NCBI GenBank assembly: GCA_002784625.1 | Contig: PFLP01000027.1 | Coordinates: 1-59,660 of the forward strand | Direction: 5' to 3' | From: Candidatus Pacebacteria bacterium CG_4_10_14_0_8_um_filter_42_14 | GTDB lineage: Bacteria; Patescibacteriota; Microgenomatia; UBA1400; PJMF01 | Length of the DNA stretch: 59,660 nucleotides | Shown here: piece by piece, positions 1-8,256 of the stretch | How positions within the stretch are numbered: position 1 is the first letter of the stretch | Layout of the letters: each line of letters opens with the position of its first letter | Notes under the pieces: generated by a model | Databases searched by the model: none | What the model was told of the DNA's origin: nothing | Seen by the model: the letters and a program-made list of their open reading frames with translations, nothing else | Program-made: the position numbers and the translations under genes

Positions 1-100
1 ATGAATCAATGGAAAGTAACTAAAAAACCAACACAAAAGTTTACTTAACCCTAAAAATATTCTAGTAGCTCTGACTTTATTTGTTATAGCATCATTTTTA

Positions 101-1438
101 TTGCCCAGCGTGGCTCTAGCTGCAGATCCCACAGTAACGCTTTCTCCAGCATCAAGCACTGTTTATCAGGGTCAAACATTCACGGTCAATGTGGAGTTAG
201 CCGCAGATAGCAACAATCATTCAGAAACAACTTTTACAGTCGCTTTTGATAAGGCAGTACTTCGACTCGATTCTATTTCACAGGGTTCTTTATATTTTAA
301 TCAGGTAGCTAACACAATTGATAACGTTACAACTGGGACTGGAACCGCAACTTACAACTTCTTCGGTGGCTCACAAAGCACTTCTGGAACAGTGGCCACA
401 CTTCAATTTACCGCTCTAGCGACTGGTACTGGCTCACTGACTTTTACAGGAACTAATCAAGTTTTAAATAGCGGAAGTACAGCTTTTGCTAGTTCAGTCT
501 TCACAGGCTCTGCATTCACCGTCAATGCTCCACTTTCAGCATCAGTGTTGACGCTTTCATCAAGCTACGCCGACTGGTCTCAAGGTGATTCTCAGACAGT
601 CACTATTGCTTTGGATACGCAAGGAAATCAAGTCGCTGGCGTCGATATTGATTTAACATTTAATCCTGCTGTGCTCCAGATTACCAATACTAACTGGGCT
701 GGGTTATTCCCTAATCAACAAGGTTTAACTTTCAATAATTCAACCAGAACCCTTTCAGTTTCTGGAGTAGTAAATGAGGGTTCTCCATACAATGGTCAGG
801 GCACAGTTCTTACCATTACATTTCAGGCTTTAGCCATCGGATCAACAAACATTGATTTTGCATGGACAAGTGGGCTGACTACAGACACCAATATTGTTGA
901 TTACAATAATGCCAACATAGATATGCTTTCAAGTGATCCAGCGGCTCTCGTGATTACTGTTTCATCTGGTGGAACCCTAGACTTTACTTTTGGACTTCTA
1001 GATTTTCTTGGTGATTTAACCACAAAAACTGGAACCCTAAAAGTTTCTGGTCCAAACGTCACGACTAATTGGTCAAGTCCAGCTCAATCAGGGACGATTC
1101 CTAACCTGCTTGGAACAATTACTAGCCACGCACTGGGAACATTTACTTACGGCGTTGCTTATGATGTGATAATCGCAGTTCCAGGATATTTAAAGACCAA
1201 GCAAAATGACACCATCACCTCGGGTTCTAATCCAGTCTCTGGCACTATGGACTTTGGAGATCTAACACCAGGAGACTCTAACGGCGATGGCGTGAACAAC
1301 TCTTTTGACCTTTCCTCAGTGTTTGGTCAATGGGACAGTAGCTTCAGCACCAATGCTGATTTTAATGGAGATGGTACGGTCAACACCTTCGATGTGGCGA
1401 TCCTCTATCAATATTTCAATTTAGTCGATACAATCTAG
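101..1438 (+). CDS. Secreted protein with two cohesin-like domains and a C-terminal dockerin; true start uncertain (frame is open from nt 20)
   Basis: Two cohesin-like repeats (VYQGQTFTVNVELAAD..FDKAVLRL; QGDSQTVTIALDTQGNQVAGVDIDLTFNPAVLQI) and duplicated Ca-binding loops GDSNGDGVNNSFD / ADFNGDGTVNTFD. A signal-peptide-like stretch lies in frame upstream of nt 101. Confidence 0.8.
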   Translation: MPSVALAADPTVTLSPASSTVYQGQTFTVNVELAADSNNHSETTFTVAFDKAVLRLDSISQGSLYFNQVANTIDNVTTGTGTATYNFFGGSQSTSGTVATLQFTALATGTGSLTFTGTNQVLNSGSTAFASSVFTGSAFTVNAPLSASVLTLSSSYADWSQGDSQTVTIALDTQGNQVAGVDIDLTFNPAVLQITNTNWAGLFPNQQGLTFNNSTRTLSVSGVVNEGSPYNGQGTVLTITFQALAIGSTNIDFAWTSGLTTDTNIVDYNNANIDMLSSDPAALVITVSSGGTLDFTFGLLDFLGDLTTKTGTLKVSGPNVTTNWSSPAQSGTIPNLLGTITSHALGTFTYGVAYDVIIAVPGYLKTKQNDTITSGSNPVSGTMDFGDLTPGDSNGDGVNNSFDLSSVFGQWDSSFSTNADFNGDGTVNTFDVAILYQYFNLVDTI

Positions 1439-1444
1439 CGCATA

Positions 1445-2134
1445 ATGCGTCACACCATACTAGCTTTAATTGCTTTGTTGAGCGTAGCGGTGAGGCCTGT
1501 CTTTGCCGCCGACATGGAGTTAGTTCTAGGTTCAGAACCTGCCGCGGGAGATACTTTTTCAGTAGATGTAAAGCTTGACACAGTTAGCGAAGACACGATC
1601 GGCACAGATTTACTTATTAAGTTTGTACCTTCTCAACTAGAGTTTTCAGAAATCCAGCCAGGAGAGCTTTATGCCAACTATCACGAACCTCGTCTAGATT
1701 TAAAGGCTGGTACTATTCGCTATTCTGGAACGGCAGATAGAAATACTCCTTTTAATGGCTCGGGAACATTTGCTACTTTAGTCTTTAAAAAGCTCTACGA
1801 CGCTCAATCTGTGCTTCCTCCCTCAGAGTCAGGAGACAAGCCACTGGTCGGTCTATTATGGGATCGAGATGCTACAACTGACACTAATGTGGTTTCTCTT
1901 GGGGGTCAGGAAATTCTTTATACTGCTCCTTCTGTTCGTGTCGGTGGAAATGTTCTCGGAGTTGCAGCCGTTGGTGAAGGTCCAGAAAGCGACTTCGGTT
2001 TGTTGCAGGCGACAGCTACGCAGATGCGCTCAAAATACTTATTGATTGGCGCGATTGTGGCTGCTCTGGTAATTCTTATTTTACCAATTCTTATTCGTAG
2101 GAGATCAAAAGAGGATGAGGAAACGCAAGAGTAA
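1445..2134 (+). CDS. Membrane-anchored cohesin-domain protein
   Basis: Signal peptide (VRPVFAA), cohesin-like GDTFSVDVKLDT..GTDLLIKFVPSQLEF..FNGSGTFATLVFK, C-terminal TM helix followed by RRRSK. Confidence 0.8.
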   Translation: MRHTILALIALLSVAVRPVFAADMELVLGSEPAAGDTFSVDVKLDTVSEDTIGTDLLIKFVPSQLEFSEIQPGELYANYHEPRLDLKAGTIRYSGTADRNTPFNGSGTFATLVFKKLYDAQSVLPPSESGDKPLVGLLWDRDATTDTNVVSLGGQEILYTAPSVRVGGNVLGVAAVGEGPESDFGLLQATATQMRSKYLLIGAIVAALVILILPILIRRRSKEDEETQE

Positions 2135-2146
2135 GGGAGAAGTGAA

Positions 2147-2446
2147 ATGAAGGGATTCATAGAATTTATTCGCGAGCGAGGCGTCATGGGTCTGGCTGTT
2201 GGTTTTATTTTAGGTGGCGCCGTTTCTAAAGTAGTGGCCTCACTCGTCACAGACATCATCAACCCTATTTTAGGGGTGATTCTTGGGGCTGCGGGGAATC
2301 TGACTTCAGCTTACCTAGCGGTTGGCCCAGTTAAAATTATGTGGGGAAATTTTGTTTCCGTACTCATCGATTTTATAGTGATCTCCATGGTTGTTTATTT
2401 CGGCGTCAAAGGTCTTAGACTCGACAAGTTAGACAAGAAAAAATAA
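2147..2446 (+). CDS. mscL: Large-conductance mechanosensitive channel (short form)
   Basis: FIEFIRERGVMGLAVGFILGGAVSKVVASLVTDIINPI and WGNFVSVLIDF motifs; SD-like GGGAG upstream. Confidence 0.93.
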   Translation: MKGFIEFIRERGVMGLAVGFILGGAVSKVVASLVTDIINPILGVILGAAGNLTSAYLAVGPVKIMWGNFVSVLIDFIVISMVVYFGVKGLRLDKLDKKK

Positions 2447-2450
2447 TTTT

Positions 2451-3941
2451 CTAGGTAGTTTCGTAGATTATCTGACAAAGATCGGGGTTTGGTTCAATCC
2501 AAGTCTTATCTTTTTGGAGTAGCTCATCGAATGAGGATGGACCCCAACTGCCAGCGGTATATGGCTCTGGCATAAAGGTTGGCCCTTTAAGTAGCCGTAG
2601 CAGTGGCTCTACGAACTTCCACGACTCCTCAATACCCACAGCTTCTGGAAAAAACATTGGATCACTACTAATTGCATCATAAAGAAGCTTTTCATACGCC
2701 TCAACTAACCCTGAGTCTTGATTGGAGTTGTAACAGAACTGCATCGGCACTGTTTGCAAATCTAATTTAAGGCCAGGCTTTTTGACATTAAAGCGAAAAA
2801 TAATTCCTTCATTTGGTTGAATTCTTAAAGTCAGGACGTTGGGGGGCTGAGTTCCTCCCAATTCGGAGAACATCTGGTTTTTTGGTTCTTTAAAAACTAT
2901 TGTGATTTCGCTGACAGCTTGGCGCATTCTCTTGCCGTGGCGAAGATAAATTGGCACCCCTCGCCAGCGCTCAGAATCGACTTCGCACTCGACGGCGATA
3001 GCAGTTTCTGTGATAGAGCTTCCGGGGATATTTGCTTCCTGTTTGTAGCCTGCCGCGGGAGAGTCATTAATCGTTCCAGATTCGTATTGTCCGAAAAATG
3101 CTTGGAGACGACCGTTTTTCTCAGTGATGTGAAGGTTTGAAAGCAGCTGTCTTCGTTTCAATCTTACGGCCTCCGCAGAGAGATGTTCTGGTTCTTCCAT
3201 CAGAGTCGTAGCCAGCATTTGGAGGACATGGTTTTGGAAGTAGTCTCTAGTAGCACCAGTTTGGTCATAGAACGCAGCCCGTTCGCCGATGCCCATAGTT
3301 TCAGTGGCTGTGATCTGGATATTATCAATATGCTTGGCGTTCCACATGGTCTCGAATAAACCATTTGCGAAGCGAAATGCTAATAAGTTTTGGACGGTTT
3401 CTTTGGCGAGAAAATGGTCAATGCGATAGATTTGGTCTTCTCGGAAAGTTTGCAGCAGCTCTTTGTTTAGCTGTCTTGAACTTTCTAAATCGGTACCGAA
3501 GGGTTTTTCTAAGAGCAGTTTCGTCCAACCGCACGAGCTATCTTGTAGCTTCTCGAGTCTAATGTTTTTTACCACCTCTGTGTACAGACTGGGCAGAGTC
3601 GCCACATACCAGAGATGATTGCCGCATGTTTTTCGACCATTGTGGAACTTGTTGATATTTTTAAATGTCTGTTGGTCTGAAACATCCCCAGAAACATAGA
3701 AAAGTGATTGACTGAAAGCCTGCCAATCCGCGTTACCCACGTCTGTATTTAGAGTCACACGAACAAAATCGCGGAATTCTTCTTGGGAAAAAGTTTTCCT
3801 GGCAATGCCGATCAGGGTGAAGTTATTTTCAAGGATCTGTTGTTTGTAAAGTTCAAACAAGGCTTTGAGAATTTTCTTTTTTGAGAGATCGCCCGTGACT
3901 CCGATCAAAAAAACAGTTAGTGGCTGGGAAATTGGATGCAT
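2451..3941 (-). CDS. zwf: Glucose-6-phosphate 1-dehydrogenase
   Basis: GVTGDLSKKK, EKPFG, YRIDHFLAKE, RDYFQNH, LRIQPNEG, AYEKLL motifs; ATG at 3941 preferred over the track start at 3983. Confidence 0.95.
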   Translation of the reverse strand: MHPISQPLTVFLIGVTGDLSKKKILKALFELYKQQILENNFTLIGIARKTFSQEEFRDFVRVTLNTDVGNADWQAFSQSLFYVSGDVSDQQTFKNINKFHNGRKTCGNHLWYVATLPSLYTEVVKNIRLEKLQDSSCGWTKLLLEKPFGTDLESSRQLNKELLQTFREDQIYRIDHFLAKETVQNLLAFRFANGLFETMWNAKHIDNIQITATETMGIGERAAFYDQTGATRDYFQNHVLQMLATTLMEEPEHLSAEAVRLKRRQLLSNLHITEKNGRLQAFFGQYESGTINDSPAAGYKQEANIPGSSITETAIAVECEVDSERWRGVPIYLRHGKRMRQAVSEITIVFKEPKNQMFSELGGTQPPNVLTLRIQPNEGIIFRFNVKKPGLKLDLQTVPMQFCYNSNQDSGLVEAYEKLLYDAISSDPMFFPEAVGIEESWKFVEPLLRLLKGPTFMPEPYTAGSWGPSSFDELLQKDKTWIEPNPDLCQIIYETT

Positions 3942-3990
3942 ATTCGGCTGACTAGTTGTATCGCAAAATGGCCGGTGCAGCAAGAATCAG

Positions 3991-4965
3991 CTATAAGAGT
4001 GTATCAGGATGGAAGGCTGCCCAGGCGAACCAGAAACTCTTCAGCCCTGGCAGTTCTTCTCCAGATTCTGCCAGTCGGAAAGTGAGGACGCCATTTTCAT
4101 TAGTTATTTCTATGTTCTTGTCGCCAACTACATCACCTTTTTGCTCAACTGAAATAAGATCTTGCTCTGGATAGGCTTTGGCAACGCCATCGACAACAAT
4201 TCCATAGACCCTAGCCTTAGGGTGGAGGCGATTGTCTAGGGGAGTAGTTTCGAAATAGGGATCGGCGCTGTCCTCATAGGAGTCATATGGAGATTTTGTG
4301 TAGTCGATTTCAAAGCCAGTTTTCCTAGATAACACTACAGAATCAGGGAAAAATTCCTGTGCTTTTGTCCAAGAAAGTGGTACTAACTTTAGTTGATTGA
4401 GGACTTCTCCTCTTTTTGCAGCTGGACCCGTGATTCCTTGGCCAGTGAATTGTTGCCACAGGTCGCCTTCATAACGATCGTAGAGAATTAAATTAGAGTT
4501 AAAAAGCTTTCCTGAAACGCCAAAGGTGGTGGTGATTCCGTCCACTTTGCGCTCAAAGGCAATGGCTGAGCCAGAAAGGGGACTAAACGTGACGGCAATA
4601 GGCTCTGAGGAAATCACATCATTTACCACCTCATGCCAACTAATAATTCTTTCAGGGTAAATTTTGCTTTCGCCATTTCGAGAAAGGACAAAAACTTTGT
4701 CGCTGTCACTAAGCCAGTTGCTCGTCTCGTCAATTGACTCAAATTGAGGTTGATCTATAGATTTAATACAATCTTTTTCTTCACAGCCATTCTCGAGTTT
4801 TTCAATTGGAACTATAGCGCTGGCTGGATCGAGCTGAAGGTTCACTTCTTGGATTACTTCCGATGGCTTCTCAGTTTCTCTGATCAGGTCGCTTGGTTTG
4901 ATAAATGTCACAGCCAGAGCAGCAAGAATACTCAAGAAAACTATAATCGAAATACTCTTTTTCAT
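3991..4965 (-). CDS. DUF3179-like membrane-anchored protein
   Basis: N-terminal TM; SIDQPQF, WHEVVND, TFSPLSGS, FGVSGKLFNSNLILYDR, FWFAWAAFHPDT motifs. Confidence 0.8.
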   Translation of the reverse strand: MKKSISIIVFLSILAALAVTFIKPSDLIRETEKPSEVIQEVNLQLDPASAIVPIEKLENGCEEKDCIKSIDQPQFESIDETSNWLSDSDKVFVLSRNGESKIYPERIISWHEVVNDVISSEPIAVTFSPLSGSAIAFERKVDGITTTFGVSGKLFNSNLILYDRYEGDLWQQFTGQGITGPAAKRGEVLNQLKLVPLSWTKAQEFFPDSVVLSRKTGFEIDYTKSPYDSYEDSADPYFETTPLDNRLHPKARVYGIVVDGVAKAYPEQDLISVEQKGDVVGDKNIEITNENGVLTFRLAESGEELPGLKSFWFAWAAFHPDTLL

Positions 4966-5015
4966 TAGGGCAACAGTTTAGCCTGTTCGTATGTATTCAG
5001 GCAACAGTCAGAAGA

Positions 5016-5044
5016 TTGCATTGAAATAACAGATCTGTTACATT
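5016..5044 (+). promoter_or_regulatory. Sigma70-type promoter (leaderless) overlapped by a perfect 14-bp palindrome
   Basis: TTGCAT(5016-21)-17 nt-TACATT(5039-44) with extended TG; ATG follows after 6 nt; palindrome TAACAGATCTGTTA at 5027-5040. Confidence 0.65.
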
Positions 5045-5050
5045 CACATC

Positions 5051-6349
5051 ATGAAAAATAACAGAAATAAAAGAACTCAAGTTAACTTGATAACAGCCAT
5101 TGATGCCGAAGAGACGTTCGGAAAGAAATTTTTTTATAGACAAAAAATATACAGACTTGTGGAAAAAGGAAAATTACACGAATTTAGTCTTCGAGGTAAG
5201 TCATGCTTTATTGATATTCATATTTTGGAATCTTGCTTGGCTGACTTAGAACTGAAAATTAGTTCTAGATTTCCAGAGTTAGATTCTAATCAAATAAGAG
5301 TGTTCTTCGATAGCGTGGATGGCAAGAGAATAGTAATTGATGGGATTGGTGGAAAAGGGATTAGTGTTGACACAGACCTGGAGACCGAAGAGGATTTGTT
5401 AAAAAAATTGCAAAATATTTTAGAGTGGCTTGGTAGTGAAGCAATATACGATGAGGCTGAGGCTAGAAACGAGTTGCTGAATACTGAGGACATCCAAGAA
5501 CTTGAGGATAAAAGTCCAATCAAGTTGTTACCTGAAGAAATTATGTGGCTTAGGGTTGACGAAGAAGTAATCGAAAATGTTTCTGTAAAGAGCCTGATAA
5601 TGATAAGTTTGCCTTCAGTTGCAGCTTTTCTTGGGGTTCGTTCTGATCACCTTGCAGAGTGGGTTTCAGGCTCAACAATTAAAAATCATGTTTTAAGTCT
5701 TCATATCAAGCAATTTAATGGTACCGAAATTTCGGGACCATGGAAAAAAGGCTTTGTGAAGGGATATATTTCATTCATCCCTTTTGAATTGATTCCACAA
5801 TTTTTAGTGAGCTTTAGAGAGAGTGGTAGAAGTATCAAATATCCAGAAAAAGCAGAAATTTTATACAGTATGGCATTATCAACTTTGGAAGCTGTTGGAT
5901 TAGCAGTTTCAGGGGATAAAGATAAAGCTGCCCAGGAATTGGCAAAAGTCAGCAAGGGTTTGGGTATCGATGTAGCTGATCAGGTCATTGCAATATTTAA
6001 GCAGTATGAAACCAGAGATTTTCAGATTAAAACGACAAAAGAATTTCAGTCATTAATAAAAAAATCAGGTAAGAACTTTGCCACTACTATTGGCAGTTTA
6101 ACTATGGGCATAACAGGTAGATATCCTAATCATTGGAAGGCATTTGGTATCTCAAAGATGCTTCCTAAAAAAATAACAAGTTCTAGCAGAGAAGTTATGA
6201 GAGTTTTAGCACCAGCAGACAGTGTTGGAATGACTTTTGGAGAAAAACATTATATTAAAGATCAAAATATTGAAGAGGCCGTTAGTACGGGCAAGCAAGG
6301 AAAGAATTTTTATCAAAGATTGAAAAATGTAGGATTGCTTGATAATTAA
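5051..6349 (+). CDS. Hypothetical DNA-binding protein (HTH-like N-terminus; KilA/Bro/DinD-like C-terminal region)
   Basis: Long AT-rich ORF; YRQKIYRLVEKGKL (excisionase-like), ISLPSVAAFLGVRSDHLAEW (HTH-like), FATTIGSLTMGITGRYPNHWK...SSREVM (DinD/KilA-C-like). The family call is tentative. Confidence 0.5.
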   Translation: MKNNRNKRTQVNLITAIDAEETFGKKFFYRQKIYRLVEKGKLHEFSLRGKSCFIDIHILESCLADLELKISSRFPELDSNQIRVFFDSVDGKRIVIDGIGGKGISVDTDLETEEDLLKKLQNILEWLGSEAIYDEAEARNELLNTEDIQELEDKSPIKLLPEEIMWLRVDEEVIENVSVKSLIMISLPSVAAFLGVRSDHLAEWVSGSTIKNHVLSLHIKQFNGTEISGPWKKGFVKGYISFIPFELIPQFLVSFRESGRSIKYPEKAEILYSMALSTLEAVGLAVSGDKDKAAQELAKVSKGLGIDVADQVIAIFKQYETRDFQIKTTKEFQSLIKKSGKNFATTIGSLTMGITGRYPNHWKAFGISKMLPKKITSSSREVMRVLAPADSVGMTFGEKHYIKDQNIEEAVSTGKQGKNFYQRLKNVGLLDN

Positions 6350-6427
6350 CAATAGGATGAACAAATCTGATTTTATTTATGGCTAATTCGCCACAGTTAA
6401 GAGTAGAATTGGATTAAATAGTTACAA

Positions 6428-6892
6428 ATGATAAATATCCGCCAAGCCACCATCCAAGATTTAGAAAAAATTCTTGAACTTAATCAAAGAGTGATGGCGA
6501 AAATTCCAAGTTTTGATGAGGACCTCGTGCCCAATTTTACTTTAACTCCACAGGGAAAGAATTACTTTAGAGAAGATATCACTAGGCCAGAATGGTGTTT
6601 TTTGATTGCAGAAGAGGGTGGCCGAATAATTGGATACACCAATGGTGGACTGATCGATTTTCTTCATAGAAAAAGCAGATACTTTGAAATTCAGAACCTG
6701 GGCGTGATTCCAGAAATGCAAAGAAAAGGATTGGGAAAACAACTTTTAGAATCTATCACTTCATGGGCAAAAGAGCATGGATATCAGAAAATCTACCTTA
6801 ATTGTTACGCTGCGAATGAAGAAGCATTGAGTTTTTATAGAAAGAATGGATATCAAGATATTGATGTATGTCTTGAAAAAAAGATTGAGTAG
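6428..6892 (+). CDS. GNAT family N-acetyltransferase
   Basis: IRQATIQD start, LGVIPEMQRKGLGKQLL acetyl-CoA motif A, NEEALSFYRKNGY motif B. Confidence 0.92.
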   Translation: MINIRQATIQDLEKILELNQRVMAKIPSFDEDLVPNFTLTPQGKNYFREDITRPEWCFLIAEEGGRIIGYTNGGLIDFLHRKSRYFEIQNLGVIPEMQRKGLGKQLLESITSWAKEHGYQKIYLNCYAANEEALSFYRKNGYQDIDVCLEKKIE

Positions 6893-6945
6893 CGATCCTC
6901 TACCCCCGCTTTACAACTCGCCCCATCATTGAGATCATAGTTGCC

Positions 6946-8256
6946 ATGCGCTTGCCCTTTCGCTCAAAACGTTTTTCTATCCTTTTAGGACTGATATTTA
7001 TTTTCGCCCTTGGTTTTTCCACCGGCGCCTTTACTGCCTTGAAGGGCTGGCTGCCCGAGGTTCCTTGGAACAAGGAAGAAGTCCAGCAGTCACCATACGT
7101 GGCTTTTCTACTCGAAACATACGATTTGATTAAAACAGAGTACTGGCAAATGACACTTGATGATCAACTGGCAAATTTGTTCCAGAAAGCAACGGAGAAG
7201 GTGCTTGGTGGCACTTATGAACTTGAGACCAAGGATCGCGCCGGACTCGAAAAAATGTTGACTCAGGTTTTGAGCGAGAAAACTGATGAAGAGAAAAATG
7301 ATTTAGTTCCTCAGATAGCTGACGTAGTTATGGTGAATCTTCAACCATTGGGTAGAAGTCGCTTGCTTGGAAAAAAACAAACCGAAGAAATTTATAACAT
7401 GGTTGAGAATAAAGATCCTGAGAGTAATCAGCTGGCTGCGCTTGGAGTAGACGAAACAGCGGATGATTCGACGGTTGCTTCGGCATACGAAGATAAGTCG
7501 GCAGAGGTTGAGTCATCAGGCGCTACTCCAGAGGAAAAAGCGGCGGAAATGGTGAAGCTTGATAGAGCCTTTCAATCGCTTGATACCAAGTCTGAGAGGG
7601 AGAGGTATATAGAGACTGGGGTCGAGACGACCATTCAGCCAAAAAAGATTGGGGCTGATGTTTATTATCTCCAGCTGCAGTCATTTTCGGCGACTACCTA
7701 CGAGGACTTAGTTCAGACTTTCCAAAACACGCCACCAACAGCGCAGCAGACAAGCCTAATTCTTGATTTAAGAAATAATCCCGGTGGATTTATTGACGGC
7801 CTGCCATATGTTTTGGGGGCTTTTTACGGTGAAGACACTCTTTCTCATCAGATGTTAAAGCAAGGCAATAAGAAGGACTTTAAAACCAAAACTCCAAAAA
7901 TTCCCCAGTTAGCACAGTTTAAAAAAATCTTGATCTTTGTAAACGAGGCTACGGGCTCATCTGCGGAAGCAATGACAGCCTCGCTGAAAAAATATAATGT
8001 TGGCTTAGTCGTAGGTGTGCCAACTCGTGGTTGGGGAACGGTTGAGAGAGTGATGCCGTTGAAATCAACTTTTGATGATCAAAAGTTTTCCTTACTCTTA
8101 GTCGAAACTTTGACTTTACGAGATGACGGTATCCCCATCGAAGGCAGTGGCATTATTCCAGATATTGATATGCGATCCAAAACTTGGAAAACAGATTTGC
8201 TTGGATACTTTAATCAACCCAGTTTGGTTACAGCCGTCGATCAATTATGGAAATAA
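6946..8256 (+). CDS. S41 (CtpA/Prc-like) peptidase family protein with a J-domain-like insert
   Basis: N-terminal TM; LILDLRNNPGG, NEATGSSAE, PIEGSGIIPDI motifs; no PDZ domain recognised. Confidence 0.85.
   Translation: MRLPFRSKRFSILLGLIFIFALGFSTGAFTALKGWLPEVPWNKEEVQQSPYVAFLLETYDLIKTEYWQMTLDDQLANLFQKATEKVLGGTYELETKDRAGLEKMLTQVLSEKTDEEKNDLVPQIADVVMVNLQPLGRSRLLGKKQTEEIYNMVENKDPESNQLAALGVDETADDSTVASAYEDKSAEVESSGATPEEKAAEMVKLDRAFQSLDTKSERERYIETGVETTIQPKKIGADVYYLQLQSFSATTYEDLVQTFQNTPPTAQQTSLILDLRNNPGGFIDGLPYVLGAFYGEDTLSHQMLKQGNKKDFKTKTPKIPQLAQFKKILIFVNEATGSSAEAMTASLKKYNVGLVVGVPTRGWGTVERVMPLKSTFDDQKFSLLLVETLTLRDDGIPIEGSGIIPDIDMRSKTWKTDLLGYFNQPSLVTAVDQLWK

Noticed and set aside
101..2134. Cellulosome for polysaccharide degradation
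   Set aside because: No glycoside hydrolase or other catalytic module recognised in these or neighbouring genes
5051..6892. Mobile element call for the AT-rich islet
   Set aside because: No transposase/integrase motifs, terminal inverted repeats or flanking target duplication found
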